Source: Candidatus Omnitrophota bacterium (GTDB lineage Bacteria > Omnitrophota > Gorgyraeia > Zapsychrales > Zapsychraceae). Taken from it: 64,000 nucleotides of DNA. The stretch covers positions 58,520 through 122,519 of the forward strand of contig JANQMA010000011.1 of assembly GCA_028280285.1 (NCBI GenBank), in the 5' to 3' direction. Numbering within the stretch: the first letter of the stretch is position 1; every line of letters begins with the position of its first letter. The translations under genes were made by a program, and so were the position numbers. Below the pieces are notes generated by a model. The model worked only from the letters and a program-made list of their open reading frames with translations, searched no databases and was not told the DNA's origin. This document shows positions 29,699 to 39,820 of the stretch, in pieces.

Positions 29699-30181
29699 CT
29701 AGTTCTTTTTGATTAATAAATTGTCATATAGTTTACGGATAACCCCATCCCCGCCATTTTGGGGAACAATCACTTGCGCTATATCCAAAATTGTTTGGCT
29801 AGCATCTTGCGGCGCAACAGGATAACCGACAGCTTTCATCACTTCAAGATCATTAATGTCGTTACCGACATACAAAACATCATTAAGATCAACACCGCGT
29901 TCTTGGCAATATTTTGTAAGAACGCTTAATTTGTCTTCAACACCGTGAATCACATCAATGGCCAGCTTATTGGCACGGACCTTTACAACCGCATTGGTTT
30001 CTGTCGAAATGATGACTTGGGGTTTGTCCATCTTCTTAATCAGTGAAATCGCCAGTCCGTCACCACGATGACAAAAAACCGCCTCGGTGCCGTTCTGGTC
30101 AACCAAAACCCGGTTATCCGTTAACACACCGTCAAAATCGTAAACAATCAACTCTATTTTTTCTAAATCTAACTCTTTCAT
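29699..30181 (-). CDS. KdsC-family HAD phosphatase
   Basis: YDFDGVLTDN, DGLAI, YVGNDINDL, GGDGVIR. Confidence 0.88.
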   Translation of the reverse strand: MKELDLEKIELIVYDFDGVLTDNRVLVDQNGTEAVFCHRGDGLAISLIKKMDKPQVIISTETNAVVKVRANKLAIDVIHGVEDKLSVLTKYCQERGVDLNDVLYVGNDINDLEVMKAVGYPVAPQDASQTILDIAQVIVPQNGGDGVIRKLYDNLLIKKN

Positions 30182-30186
30182 AACAA

Positions 30187-30909
30187 CTATAGTTTATGCG
30201 CATAAAATGTCATGATATTCCCCGGAAAAGGCGGCGACATTTCTGTATTATCAAACAATCGCATGAGATTTTCTTTTGTAAAATGACGTGTCTCAAAAAA
30301 AGGATAATCGACATGCTCTACTTCAAACCCATGATCACGTAACAAACGGAACACAGACTCATTAGAAAACAGACTGATATGTGTCTGATCGTGCAGCATC
30401 CTGAAATGCTCACCAAAGTGTCTGGCCAAATGGCAATCAAAATCCGGCGTTCCCAACACAATTTTTCCACCTGGCTTCATCACACGATTAATTTCCTTAA
30501 TAATAGATACAGGGTCCTCTAAATGTTCCAAAACGTGCATCAGTACAACGACATCAAAAGAATCACTTTCATATTTGGCATCATGTAATGGCCCTATAAA
30601 TATCTCAGCCCACTTCTTGGCTTGCTCGCCGGCAAATTTTGAAATTTCGACCCCATGTTTTTCCCAGTCATCATTAATCCCGGAAAGAAAAAAGCCAATC
30701 CCACAACCCACATCCAATATCCGCCCTGGGGGTAAGGCATTAATGTAGGCTAAATCATTTTTGACATCTTCCAGAATCCTGTCCCTCTCGTCCGCACGTT
30801 TGCGCTCCATTCCGTCAGGATCAATTGTCACTTTCCAATAATTTTCTTCAAAGACAGACTCTTTGCTTGTTTCTCTTCTAACAAAATATTTATCCGGGCT
30901 TACAAACAT
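30187..30909 (-). CDS. Class I SAM-dependent methyltransferase
   Basis: ILDVGCGIG, GVEIS, FDVVVLMHVLEH, KPGG. Confidence 0.9.
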   Translation of the reverse strand: MFVSPDKYFVRRETSKESVFEENYWKVTIDPDGMERKRADERDRILEDVKNDLAYINALPPGRILDVGCGIGFFLSGINDDWEKHGVEISKFAGEQAKKWAEIFIGPLHDAKYESDSFDVVVLMHVLEHLEDPVSIIKEINRVMKPGGKIVLGTPDFDCHLARHFGEHFRMLHDQTHISLFSNESVFRLLRDHGFEVEHVDYPFFETRHFTKENLMRLFDNTEMSPPFPGNIMTFYAHKL

Positions 30910-30919
30910 TTATACTCCT

Positions 30920-31618
30920 TTACCTAACATTGTTTTCCATTAATGCTGTTAATTTTTGAAACAGCTCAACATCTTGGGGCTCATCAATTTGAAATGAGTT
31001 TAGTGCCCCCATTTGATAGTGTGTAATCTTACCACCTAAGCGGTTATTTTGCTCCATTAAAATTTCCGGTCTGAAAATATAGATAGAACCATTTTCTATA
31101 AAATCTTCAGGGCAATCTTGCCTGCGCATACGCGCGTTCTTATCATAATTGAGCGGCTCAATGCCTCCGTTATTTTCCCTCCATAAAAATCCATGCACCA
31201 GACATGACGAAAACAGTGAATCGGCATTCTCTTCTATAATATGGTCAATCGCATTGGCTATATCATTTTCTTCTCTCAGCGGAGATGTTGCCTGCAAGAA
31301 AACGACCCAATCGGGGCTGTAATCTTCTTTAGCCCGGTAAACTTCAAGTGTGTGTTTAAGCGCAGATTCCGATGTTGCAAAATCATCACTCAATTCAGCC
31401 GGACGATCAATCACTTCTGCCCCCGCCTTAATAGAAACATTTTTAATATCCTCATTATCCGTTGAAACGACAACGCGATTAATCCTGGCCGTAGTTAGCG
31501 CCTGCTCAATAGAATGCACAATGAGCGGCTTACCGTTAAAAGGAATCAAATTTTTGCGTGGAATCCCTTTTGATCCACCGCGCGCTGGAATAATAGCCAT
31601 TATTTCCATAGACAGCAT
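30920..31618 (-). CDS. Acylneuraminate cytidylyltransferase (second NeuA-family gene)
   Basis: IPARGGSKGIPRKN, LQATSPLR, RRQD, ENGSIY, QIDEPQD; start at 31618 or 31609. Confidence 0.9.
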   Translation of the reverse strand: MLSMEIMAIIPARGGSKGIPRKNLIPFNGKPLIVHSIEQALTTARINRVVVSTDNEDIKNVSIKAGAEVIDRPAELSDDFATSESALKHTLEVYRAKEDYSPDWVVFLQATSPLREENDIANAIDHIIEENADSLFSSCLVHGFLWRENNGGIEPLNYDKNARMRRQDCPEDFIENGSIYIFRPEILMEQNNRLGGKITHYQMGALNSFQIDEPQDVELFQKLTALMENNVR

Positions 31619-31619
31619 C

Positions 31620-33515
31620 CTAAACACATACTTTTTCACTCACAGAGTCACGTGAAGCATCGATTGTCTTTTCATCACTTAAAAAGGAAATAACCCGGTT
31701 AAGCCCACTTTTCTCATCACAAAAAGGGTCGACTATCCTTTTAATATAATTCTCTTTAAATGCAACAAACTCTTCGTCTACTTCTTCTCTTAACCAGAAC
31801 GCAACACAATCAAACAACTCATCGCGACTAAACGCGGATAAATGCGGAATATCCTTAATCCAAATATCTAAAGAGTGATAATACTCTTCCGGAGCATAAT
31901 AAATAGCCTTCACGCCACCCGAAATCGCCTCAAACCCGGCTGATGAGGTAAAAAACGAGATGACCAGGTCGGATACCGCCATAATTTCTTGTGTTGTGTA
32001 AGCAGACGTTTTCTTGTCTATACATATAACCCTTTCCATGTGTTTTAACTTTTTGACAGCTAAACTAATAGGGCTACCCTCGGCATACTTATCAAAAGAA
32101 GACTTCATTTTATAAATCAAAAAATAATCATCATTAGCATCAATGAGTTGAGCAATATCTTCCAACCTCCTTGCCGATTGTGCTTCATCTGTCCAAGAAA
32201 ACCGCCCCATGGGTGCATCACACAAACAAATAATTTTTTTATTTTCCGGAATATTTAACTGCTGCCGCAGTTTATGACGCGCTTCCTTAATAGACGATAA
32301 TTCTTTAACAAAAGAAGATGTTACTGTTCCCACGTCAACCTTTTTCCCAAATGCATCTTGATTGGCTTCGAAAAGCCTTTGCGATAAACGGTTAGATAAC
32401 AGCACATTATGCGGTAAATAGCTATAATAAGTTATGTATAAGTCCGCCAACACCTTATCACTAAAAGGAAAAAACGACGTTGATAAATAAAGGAACGAAT
32501 TATGAGAACCGTTCAACTGCTGTATCATAATACTGTTACTGCTTCCCGGCTCCTGCACGTATAAAAAATGATTTACAGAATACTGTTCAAAAAAAGAAAA
32601 CCAAAGTATCTTTTGCCTCAATGTTTTTATATAAGACAGGAGAAAAATAATATTTTTATTTTTTAGAGATAAAAGCCTCAAATTCAAAGCAAATAACCGA
32701 TGTAACAAGCCGCCCAAATAACGAAACACATTACATTGATTAAGCAGCTCATCTAAGGTATAGCAATTTTTATACTTTACTTTTAACGCATTTAACTGAG
32801 GTTCGTTTATTTTTGTGTTCACAACAAATAAACTCTCCTCATCCTTGATAGTTTCGTCCACCTTTAATTTATCAATGAATCTTTCGCAAACCGATTTGGG
32901 AAAGGTCCCCCATATATTAATGGCGTAATAAAAGTTCTGTTTTCTCGACGCTTTAGCCATAGTCATTTTAAAAATAACATATAGCGGATAAACCAAAGCA
33001 GCAGCCAGATATTTCAATTGATTTCCTCGCGCTTCACGTTTCAAGCGTGAAACACAGCTTGGCGCGATATGAAACCATTTTGGCATGCTTTGCTTCCCGG
33101 CCAACAGAGTATATAATCTATACGGAAAATTTTGCGCAGGCACTAGTTCAACATGATCACATCCGTATTTTTCTCTGAATTTTTTAACAAATATAATCAT
33201 AAGCGTGATTTCTTTAAGATGGAGAATTAAATCTTTTTTCAAGCATAACGCAGAGTTGGAATGCCCCAATAAATCCTTATAGAGGCTTATTTCATCTTCG
33301 GAAAAATAAAAATCAAAAACCTCCTCTATCTTTTTTCCTGCCTCGATATCCGAGGAAAATAAATCAAAGCCGCTTATAAAATCACCGGCAAGCTTGTGTC
33401 CGTTTGTCAAAGAGCCTTCGAAATAAAAAACATCATCATATTGCCTGCACAACCGCTCATGCGTTTGATCAGCATTATAAATTAACAGTGTCTTTGTTTT
33501 TTTGCTGTCCGGCAT
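31620..33515 (-). CDS. Polysaccharide biosynthesis protein, PFTS-motif-like (probable GT-B transferase)
   Basis: C-terminal IYKMK...VSDLVISFFTSSAGFEAISGG; start approximate. Confidence 0.55.
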   Translation of the reverse strand: MPDSKKTKTLLIYNADQTHERLCRQYDDVFYFEGSLTNGHKLAGDFISGFDLFSSDIEAGKKIEEVFDFYFSEDEISLYKDLLGHSNSALCLKKDLILHLKEITLMIIFVKKFREKYGCDHVELVPAQNFPYRLYTLLAGKQSMPKWFHIAPSCVSRLKREARGNQLKYLAAALVYPLYVIFKMTMAKASRKQNFYYAINIWGTFPKSVCERFIDKLKVDETIKDEESLFVVNTKINEPQLNALKVKYKNCYTLDELLNQCNVFRYLGGLLHRLFALNLRLLSLKNKNIIFLLSYIKTLRQKILWFSFFEQYSVNHFLYVQEPGSSNSIMIQQLNGSHNSFLYLSTSFFPFSDKVLADLYITYYSYLPHNVLLSNRLSQRLFEANQDAFGKKVDVGTVTSSFVKELSSIKEARHKLRQQLNIPENKKIICLCDAPMGRFSWTDEAQSARRLEDIAQLIDANDDYFLIYKMKSSFDKYAEGSPISLAVKKLKHMERVICIDKKTSAYTTQEIMAVSDLVISFFTSSAGFEAISGGVKAIYYAPEEYYHSLDIWIKDIPHLSAFSRDELFDCVAFWLREEVDEEFVAFKENYIKRIVDPFCDEKSGLNRVISFLSDEKTIDASRDSVSEKVCV

Positions 33516-35301
33516 CCTGCACCTCATTAAGATACGTATATAATCCCCTGTTTTTCATGAGAGCATCGTGCGTACCCTGATCTTTAACCACGCCATCATC
33601 CAGAATAACGATTTTATCCGCTCTTTTGATCGTCGATAAACGATGCGCAATAACAATAACTGTTGTAAATTTAGCAATATCCTCAATAGCATCTTGAATC
33701 TTTTTTTCGGAAATATTGTCCAAAGAGCTTGTTGCTTCATCCATAATAAGAATGGTCGGCTTTCTTAACATAGCCCGCGCGATGGCAATCCTCTGCTTTT
33801 GCCCTCCGGATAGTTTTATACCCGAATCGCCGACTAGCGTGTCATACCCATTTGGCGTTTCGTTAATAAAATCATGCGCATTGGCCAATTTAGCCGCCGC
33901 GACAATCTCTTGCTCAGAGTAATCCTCACGGCCAAAACATATGTTTTCTCGAATCGTACTGTTATAAATAAAAGAGGTCTGGCTCACATAAGCAATGTGG
34001 TCCAGGTAAGATCTATTTGTAAAAGAAAAAATATCCTCACCATCTATGAATATCGTTCCGCGATTGGGTTTATATAATCTGAGCAACAAATTAATAATCG
34101 TTGTTTTTCCCGCCCCTGAAACACCGACAAGAGCCGTAAAATCCCCCATATGAATATCAAAGGAAATACCTTTCACAACATCTTTCGTGTCATCGGTATA
34201 ACGGAACCAGACGTCCTTAAACGTGATTTTATCTTTTGGATTTTCTAACGCGATATCCCCGTAGGTTAAAGTAGAAACCTCCTGCAAAGACAATTCACGC
34301 ACCACCTGCGCATGAGGCAGACATTCACAAATCGACAAAAAAGAAGTCCCTATAATCTGCACTGATGGGAGCAGACGGTTGGTGACGACAACAAATGTTC
34401 CAAAAACAGGCAAAAGCTCTTTCATCATAACTTCCGGCTGATAACTAAGATAAATCCCAACACCGCCTAAGAGCCCAAAAAAGGCTAATTTAATAAACGA
34501 TTCGGGTAGTGCACGCCCCATCAACATTTTTAATTGATTATTCAAATGCTGGTCCATCGCCTTATAAAATTTATCCCTCCAGGTTTGAATTGATTGATAA
34601 ACCTTGATGGATTTGATGCCCGTAATGAGCTCATTTAAGACGACATTTTTCTCCTTTTCCCCCTCCATAGACAAAATGGAGCAACGCAGGGTGATCTTTT
34701 GAATAATCTTTTTAGTAAAAAATGCATAACAAAACCCTACAACAAATAAAACCAATGCGGCCTCAAGGCTTAACAACAAAAGAAGACTCAACAAAAACAA
34801 GGCGTTAACAGCATCGTAAAACAAACGGATAGTCGCCAAAACAAGCCCTGATGCATACCTTGGGGCGGTAGCTCCATTATAAATTAACTTACCTTGCTGA
34901 TGAGTATGGTAGAAATCAATGTCAGCTTGAACAAACTGCTGAAAAGCCTTTTTCTGCGCTTCACGGGAAATCTGCATCATAAAGGAGTATCCAAAATAGT
35001 GATACATAAATCTTGCCGTTACAGCAAAAAACGCCACTACCAATAAAAGAATGCACGCGCTACGCAACGAACCCTCAACTGAAAACGATGCCAGCAGGCC
35101 TTCGAAAAACCCGACCATAGTGCCCTGCGCCTGCACATCTAATCCATAGTTGATAACCGGATACAATGCCGCCAAACTCATAGTTTCCAGCCCGCCAGCA
35201 AGAAATGCCAGCATAATTAACAGACAGGATTTAATCTTATGCGGCTTAAAAAAATACCAAACAGTTTTGGGATATAATAAAATGTTATCTAATTTACTCA
35301 T
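33475..35301 (-). CDS. ABC transporter permease/ATPase fusion (MsbA/PglK-like glycan flippase)
   Basis: N-terminal TM domain; GVSGAGKT, LSGGQKQR, DEATSSLD, AHRLST; ATG at 35301 overlaps the regulator stop. Confidence 0.9.
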   Translation of the reverse strand: MSKLDNILLYPKTVWYFFKPHKIKSCLLIMLAFLAGGLETMSLAALYPVINYGLDVQAQGTMVGFFEGLLASFSVEGSLRSACILLLVVAFFAVTARFMYHYFGYSFMMQISREAQKKAFQQFVQADIDFYHTHQQGKLIYNGATAPRYASGLVLATIRLFYDAVNALFLLSLLLLLSLEAALVLFVVGFCYAFFTKKIIQKITLRCSILSMEGEKEKNVVLNELITGIKSIKVYQSIQTWRDKFYKAMDQHLNNQLKMLMGRALPESFIKLAFFGLLGGVGIYLSYQPEVMMKELLPVFGTFVVVTNRLLPSVQIIGTSFLSICECLPHAQVVRELSLQEVSTLTYGDIALENPKDKITFKDVWFRYTDDTKDVVKGISFDIHMGDFTALVGVSGAGKTTIINLLLRLYKPNRGTIFIDGEDIFSFTNRSYLDHIAYVSQTSFIYNSTIRENICFGREDYSEQEIVAAAKLANAHDFINETPNGYDTLVGDSGIKLSGGQKQRIAIARAMLRKPTILIMDEATSSLDNISEKKIQDAIEDIAKFTTVIVIAHRLSTIKRADKIVILDDGVVKDQGTHDALMKNRGLYTYLNEVQDAGQQKNKDTVNL

Positions 35302-35854
35302 TTTTAAGATTACTGCCGATAACCAGATTTGAGTCTTGGACAAGTTCTGAGACTAAGTCGATACTACGCTCTTTGTTAATTTCATTAACTTCCACATTCT
35401 CTTTACACAACAATAAAACACCATCAATAGTTTGATCAGGAATCTCATTAATCAATGTATATGATAAATCATCCAAATCTAATTCTTGCAGCACAACCTC
35501 GACCAATTTGCCAAAATCAGATGAACCGTAAATATAAAACTTACGATTACCCTGGGCGTATAAATCGGAAAGGTATTTATACATCGCGTCTTTAATCGAT
35601 CCAATCGAATGAATAGTCTTCCAGGCATATTTAACGGACTTGCGCAGCTTCTCAGAAATACCCTTTGGTGTCAGGAGGTACTGCACCTTACGCTTATCCA
35701 ATTGGACAATACGGATATACCCCTTAGAAATAAGACGGCGCAGAACCATATTAACCATTCCGAGGGACATACCTGTTTGTTTGGAAAGATACCGCTGGTT
35801 GGCATTCAGCTCAGGGCCGATAATATTAACAAGCTCAAATTCTCTTTCGTCCAA
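35294..35854 (-). CDS. MarR-family winged-helix regulator, EPS-associated type
   Basis: NQRYLSKQTGMSLGMVNMVLRRLISKGYI..YLLTPKGISEK; C-terminal IYGSSDFG Rossmann-like domain. Confidence 0.88.
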   Translation of the reverse strand: MDEREFELVNIIGPELNANQRYLSKQTGMSLGMVNMVLRRLISKGYIRIVQLDKRKVQYLLTPKGISEKLRKSVKYAWKTIHSIGSIKDAMYKYLSDLYAQGNRKFYIYGSSDFGKLVEVVLQELDLDDLSYTLINEIPDQTIDGVLLLCKENVEVNEINKERSIDLVSELVQDSNLVIGSNLKNE

Positions 35855-35898
35855 ATCCTGTTATCTCCGTTGAACTTAAAACGTGGGGGAATTAATAT

Positions 35899-35913
35899 GT
35901 TCAATAATTGAAC
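35899..35913. promoter_or_regulatory. Palindromic operator GTTCAATAATTGAAC (likely autoregulatory)
   Basis: Perfect GTTCAA-N3-TTGAAC located at the predicted transcription start of the regulator. Confidence 0.65.
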
Positions 35914-35919
35914 GATTGT

Positions 35920-35948
35920 ATAATATAGAATAATACCGACAGTGTCAA
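35920..35948 (-). promoter_or_regulatory. sigma70 promoter of the glycan operon
   Basis: Minus strand reads TTGACA-17 bp-TATTAT. Confidence 0.65.
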
Positions 35949-35956
35949 GATAAATA

Positions 35957-36006
35957 TGGTTCTTAGTCGTTGGTCGTTAGTATTTAGTCATTGGTTTGAC
36001 AACTAA
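35957..36006. repeat. Tandem heptamer array (TRGTCRT-like), mostly one arm
   Basis: tggttct tagtcgt tggtcgt tagtatt tagtcat tggtt, followed by a short inverted remnant tgacaactaa. Confidence 0.7.
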
Positions 36007-36113
36007 AAGGTAGATTCATTTGCTTTTTTCAGCATGCTTTGTATAATACCCTCAAAAAGGTTAAATGCTTTCATCCTTAGCCTTTGACCTTACACCAATA
36101 AAACTAACAGGTT

Positions 36114-37697
36114 ATGAACAAAATCATCCCTTTTTTCCTGGTTTTGACCTTTATTGCGGCCAGCTTCATTCTAAAGGTCCCGCATTTAGACGATCCTTAC
36201 TTCGGTCAGCATATATCAAGGCAGCTGCAAACCGTTGCAACTATTGACTATTACACACATTTCGGCATCGACCCGCTCTACCCAAGAGTCAATTATGAAG
36301 GCTGGCCCGGCTATTTGATTTATGAAATGCCGCTTTATCAAATGCTTACAACATGGCTGGCCCCTTCACCGGATAAAACGCTCATAACAGCCCGTATGCT
36401 CAATATATTCTTTGGGGCCCTGTCCACTATTTTCCTCTATCTGATAGCCGCGTTTTGGTTTAACCGCCGTGTCGGGGTCTATACGGCGCTCATATTCACG
36501 TTTGTACCTTTAAATATTGCTTTTATGCAGTCTTCGCTGCCGGATATATCCGCGGTAGCCATGGCCTTAGGCGCCTTATTATTCCTTATATATTGGCATC
36601 ACCTGCGCAAATGGTGGTTGATCATCCCCTATTGCCTGCTTGGCAGCATCGCATCACTCATTAAACCGATATTTTTATTGCCGGCTTTGATTTATATCGG
36701 CTTTTTTATTATCCAGAAATTATTCATACAAAAATCAACAAAGATAGGCCCCCTTATAAAGGAATACATCCCTTTTATTATCGCAACTTTTGTTATAGGC
36801 GTTCTATGCTTGCTGTGGATTAATCATAGCCATACTGTCCACGAAGGCAGCGGCCTTCTTAAACATCTATCATGGAAAGCTTTGCTCCATCCTAAGTTTT
36901 ATTATGTCATCGTCATTAGAATACTTAGACAACTTCTTAATCCGTTTAATACGCTTCTTTTTGTTATAGGCGGATTTTATCTTATTAAAAATTACCGCAG
37001 CAAAGAACAAATCACACTTTTAATTATACCGTTTTTGTTTTATCCACTGTTCGCCCATGTCGCAACAGTACATACCTATTATTCCTTAAGCATGTCACCG
37101 TATTTTTGCATGATCGCCGGGCTCGGCCTTTTTTGGATTGAAGAAAAACTCAGGTGTGACAATAAAAAGGTGGTTGTGATTATTATTATCACCATCTTGT
37201 GCGGATTTTCCGCTTTATCGTCGGTGGTCATGTACCTTAATTACGTAACAACTTCCATGATTCTGCCCAATCAGCGCTACACAGAAATGACAAACGAGGT
37301 TGGACATTTACTTGAACCTATGCAGTTTTCTACTGTGATCATTAATCCTAACGGCAACTTTTCCCTCGAAGAACGATTGCGCCACCTGCCTTCACGTTAC
37401 ATCAAATCATTTTTCAAAAAACCATCGGCAGCACAACTTTCTGAACGTGTTTCCAATGACCATCCTCTGGTTATGTCAGCGACGATGTACGCCCTTAAAC
37501 AATACGGGCGCTGCATTTATATTGATGACATTTCAACGTTTGATTTGGAAAACACAAAGGAAGATTTTAAGGGGCACTTGCGTTATGTCATCTACTATTT
37601 ATATGACGATCATAAACAAATTTATCAGCAGATGTCCGGCTATAGACCGGTTTTTGAGGATAAAAAGTGGGTTGTGTATGATTTAGCTGCAAAATAG
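36114..37697 (+). CDS. GT-C / ArnT-PMT-like membrane glycosyltransferase
   Basis: Many TM helices; RQLQT, YEMPLYQ, ARMLN, SLPD, SLIKP, HTYY. Confidence 0.75.
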   Translation: MNKIIPFFLVLTFIAASFILKVPHLDDPYFGQHISRQLQTVATIDYYTHFGIDPLYPRVNYEGWPGYLIYEMPLYQMLTTWLAPSPDKTLITARMLNIFFGALSTIFLYLIAAFWFNRRVGVYTALIFTFVPLNIAFMQSSLPDISAVAMALGALLFLIYWHHLRKWWLIIPYCLLGSIASLIKPIFLLPALIYIGFFIIQKLFIQKSTKIGPLIKEYIPFIIATFVIGVLCLLWINHSHTVHEGSGLLKHLSWKALLHPKFYYVIVIRILRQLLNPFNTLLFVIGGFYLIKNYRSKEQITLLIIPFLFYPLFAHVATVHTYYSLSMSPYFCMIAGLGLFWIEEKLRCDNKKVVVIIIITILCGFSALSSVVMYLNYVTTSMILPNQRYTEMTNEVGHLLEPMQFSTVIINPNGNFSLEERLRHLPSRYIKSFFKKPSAAQLSERVSNDHPLVMSATMYALKQYGRCIYIDDISTFDLENTKEDFKGHLRYVIYYLYDDHKQIYQQMSGYRPVFEDKKWVVYDLAAK

Positions 37698-37704
37698 TAA
37701 AACT

Positions 37705-38583
37705 TTATTTTTCGCCGTAAGCAATAATAGTATCTGTTTTGTCTATTTTGTGTAAAAGGGTGTTATACATTTGCTCAAGCCACGCGGCTCTTAAAAAGGG
37801 CCATTTTTTATGCCCTCCCGGCTTACCACAAAAAATCCAGTAAATATGATTGGCCAGAGGATATCTTTGATATCCTTCTACTCTGACATTTTTAAATCCC
37901 GCCTCTTCTAAAAACACCTTCAAACTGGTTTTGGTGTGTAACAGCATATGCTCACTCCAAAATGTGAATTTTTTAAAACTTTTTAAATGAAATAAAGTGA
38001 TCAGCGCGTCCTTCGCGTGTGGTACTTCAACAACGATTTTTCCGCCGGGCGCAAGCATATTATAAATTCTTTCGAAAGCTGCGGAGGCATCAATTAAGTG
38101 CTCAACAACATGAAATAATGTGATGATATCAATATTTTCTACTGGGCAGTCATCAATACTCGTATAGACCTTATACCCTTCTTTGGCCAATTCATTACGA
38201 ATATGATCTTGCGGTTCAACCGCATAAACGTCAGACGCATATTTTCCTAATAAATCAAGCACTCCTCCAACACCTGTACCGCAATCCATCCATTTCTTTC
38301 CACGGATAAGTTCTTTAAACTGTGCACACCTTCTTTCATCATCATCTTTGACAAGCTGTTTTGCCTGCTCTCTGTCACTCGAAGACCAATACTCGCACCC
38401 CTCCTTTGCCTCATAATACTGCAAATCAATATGATCAGATTGTGAAAGAAAAATCACGCCCGACTTTTTATCACATAAAACTGAAATATCATCCCGGTCA
38501 CGTACTTGAGGGAATATCTCAACCACATCTTCCTGCTTAGTAATCCCCAGTGCGCATAATTGATCTAAAACTTTATGTCCCAT
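37705..38583 (-). CDS. Class I SAM-dependent methyltransferase
   Basis: MDCGTGVGG, AVEP, DIITLFHVVEH, PGGKIVVEVP, QRYPLANH. Confidence 0.88.
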   Translation of the reverse strand: MGHKVLDQLCALGITKQEDVVEIFPQVRDRDDISVLCDKKSGVIFLSQSDHIDLQYYEAKEGCEYWSSSDREQAKQLVKDDDERRCAQFKELIRGKKWMDCGTGVGGVLDLLGKYASDVYAVEPQDHIRNELAKEGYKVYTSIDDCPVENIDIITLFHVVEHLIDASAAFERIYNMLAPGGKIVVEVPHAKDALITLFHLKSFKKFTFWSEHMLLHTKTSLKVFLEEAGFKNVRVEGYQRYPLANHIYWIFCGKPGGHKKWPFLRAAWLEQMYNTLLHKIDKTDTIIAYGEK

Positions 38584-38591
38584 ATTATTTT

Positions 38592-39644
38592 CTATCTGCA
38601 GCTTTCATATATTTGCTGACAAGTGTCTTTTAAGCTATATTTTTGCTGCCAGGCAGAATAGTCTCGCTCAAAAGCTTTAAGACTGCTGATATACCAGATA
38701 TGATCGCCGCTGCGGTTTTGATCAGAAACACTATAATTCATTTTCTTTCCGGATATTTCTTCACACAGACTGATCGCCTCGAGGACCGAACAACTATTGT
38801 CCCGGCCGCCGCCCATATTATAAACAGCTGACGATTTAGGACTTTGCACATAGTGATAAAAGGCATTGACCATATCATAACTATGAATATTATCGCGCAC
38901 CTGCTTACCCTTATAGCCGAAAATGGTGTACTCTTTCCCCGTGATGCAGCATTTCATTAAATAGGAAAGAAACCCGTGCAACTGCGCACCGCTATGATTA
39001 GGCCCGGTCAAACATCCTCCACGGAAACACACGGTATTCATATCAAAATACCGTCCGTACTCCTGCACAAGCACATCAGCCGCCACTTTAGAAGCCCCAA
39101 ACAGAGAATGCTTACTCTGGTCAATACTCATCGTCTCATCAATCCCGTCCCAAAAGGCATGGTCTTGTTCAATTTCCCAACGCGTATCTGTTTCAATCAA
39201 AGGCAAACTGTTCGGCAAATCTCCGTAGACTTTATTAGTGCTGGTAAATATAAAGGCCGCTTTGGGGCAATGCAAACGCGTTAATTCCAACAGATTAAGC
39301 GTGCCGTTGGCATTAATTTCAAAATCAACAAATGGCTCCCGCGCCGCCCAGTCATGCGATGGCTGCGCTGCGGTATGGATAATAACCGAAATATCGGCTC
39401 CATACTCCTTAAAAATATTTTCTAAATCAGCATGATTACGGATATCAACCGGTTTATGTGTGTAGGCGGGAATTTCTTCCTGCAGAATTTTGAGGTTCCA
39501 GGCCGTTGACCCCTCTTCTCCGAAAAAATATTGGCGCATGTCATTGTCAATCCCGACAATGTTAAAGCCTTTATCGGCAAAAAAACGGACGGATTCTGAA
39601 CCAATCAAGCCCGCCGAACCTGTAATGAGAGCAATGTTATTCAT
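38592..39644 (-). CDS. rfbE: CDP-paratose 2-epimerase-like SDR
   Basis: [56 protein letters not shown]. Confidence 0.75.
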   Translation of the reverse strand: MNNIALITGSAGLIGSESVRFFADKGFNIVGIDNDMRQYFFGEEGSTAWNLKILQEEIPAYTHKPVDIRNHADLENIFKEYGADISVIIHTAAQPSHDWAAREPFVDFEINANGTLNLLELTRLHCPKAAFIFTSTNKVYGDLPNSLPLIETDTRWEIEQDHAFWDGIDETMSIDQSKHSLFGASKVAADVLVQEYGRYFDMNTVCFRGGCLTGPNHSGAQLHGFLSYLMKCCITGKEYTIFGYKGKQVRDNIHSYDMVNAFYHYVQSPKSSAVYNMGGGRDNSCSVLEAISLCEEISGKKMNYSVSDQNRSGDHIWYISSLKAFERDYSAWQQKYSLKDTCQQIYESCR

Positions 39645-39649
39645 AAAAT

Positions 39650-39693
39650 TAGTTGCTGGTTGCTCGTTGCTAGCAACAAGCGACTAGCAACTG
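39650..39693. repeat. Inverted tandem heptamer array (TNGTTGC)
   Basis: tagttgc tggttgc tcgttgc -ta- gcaacaa gcgacta gcaactg. Confidence 0.85.
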
Positions 39694-39820
39694 TTTGAAT
39701 AATTATTAAGCCACCAAGATTATACATCAATCCTCACAGATTGAAATATGAATTCTTTGATTTAATTGTGGGCAAATCGCCAAATATTCCTATAATAGAC
39801 TATGAAAGTTGGGAAAAATC

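Noticed and set aside
29196-29702. 168-aa plus-strand ORF and the many other antisense or overlapping ORFs in the track
   Set aside because: Shadows of well-supported genes on the other strand or frame, with no recognisable motifs
39697-39820. SAM/SAH riboswitch upstream of metF
   Set aside because: The region is short and AT-rich with a TATAAT close to the start; no aptamer motif was recognised
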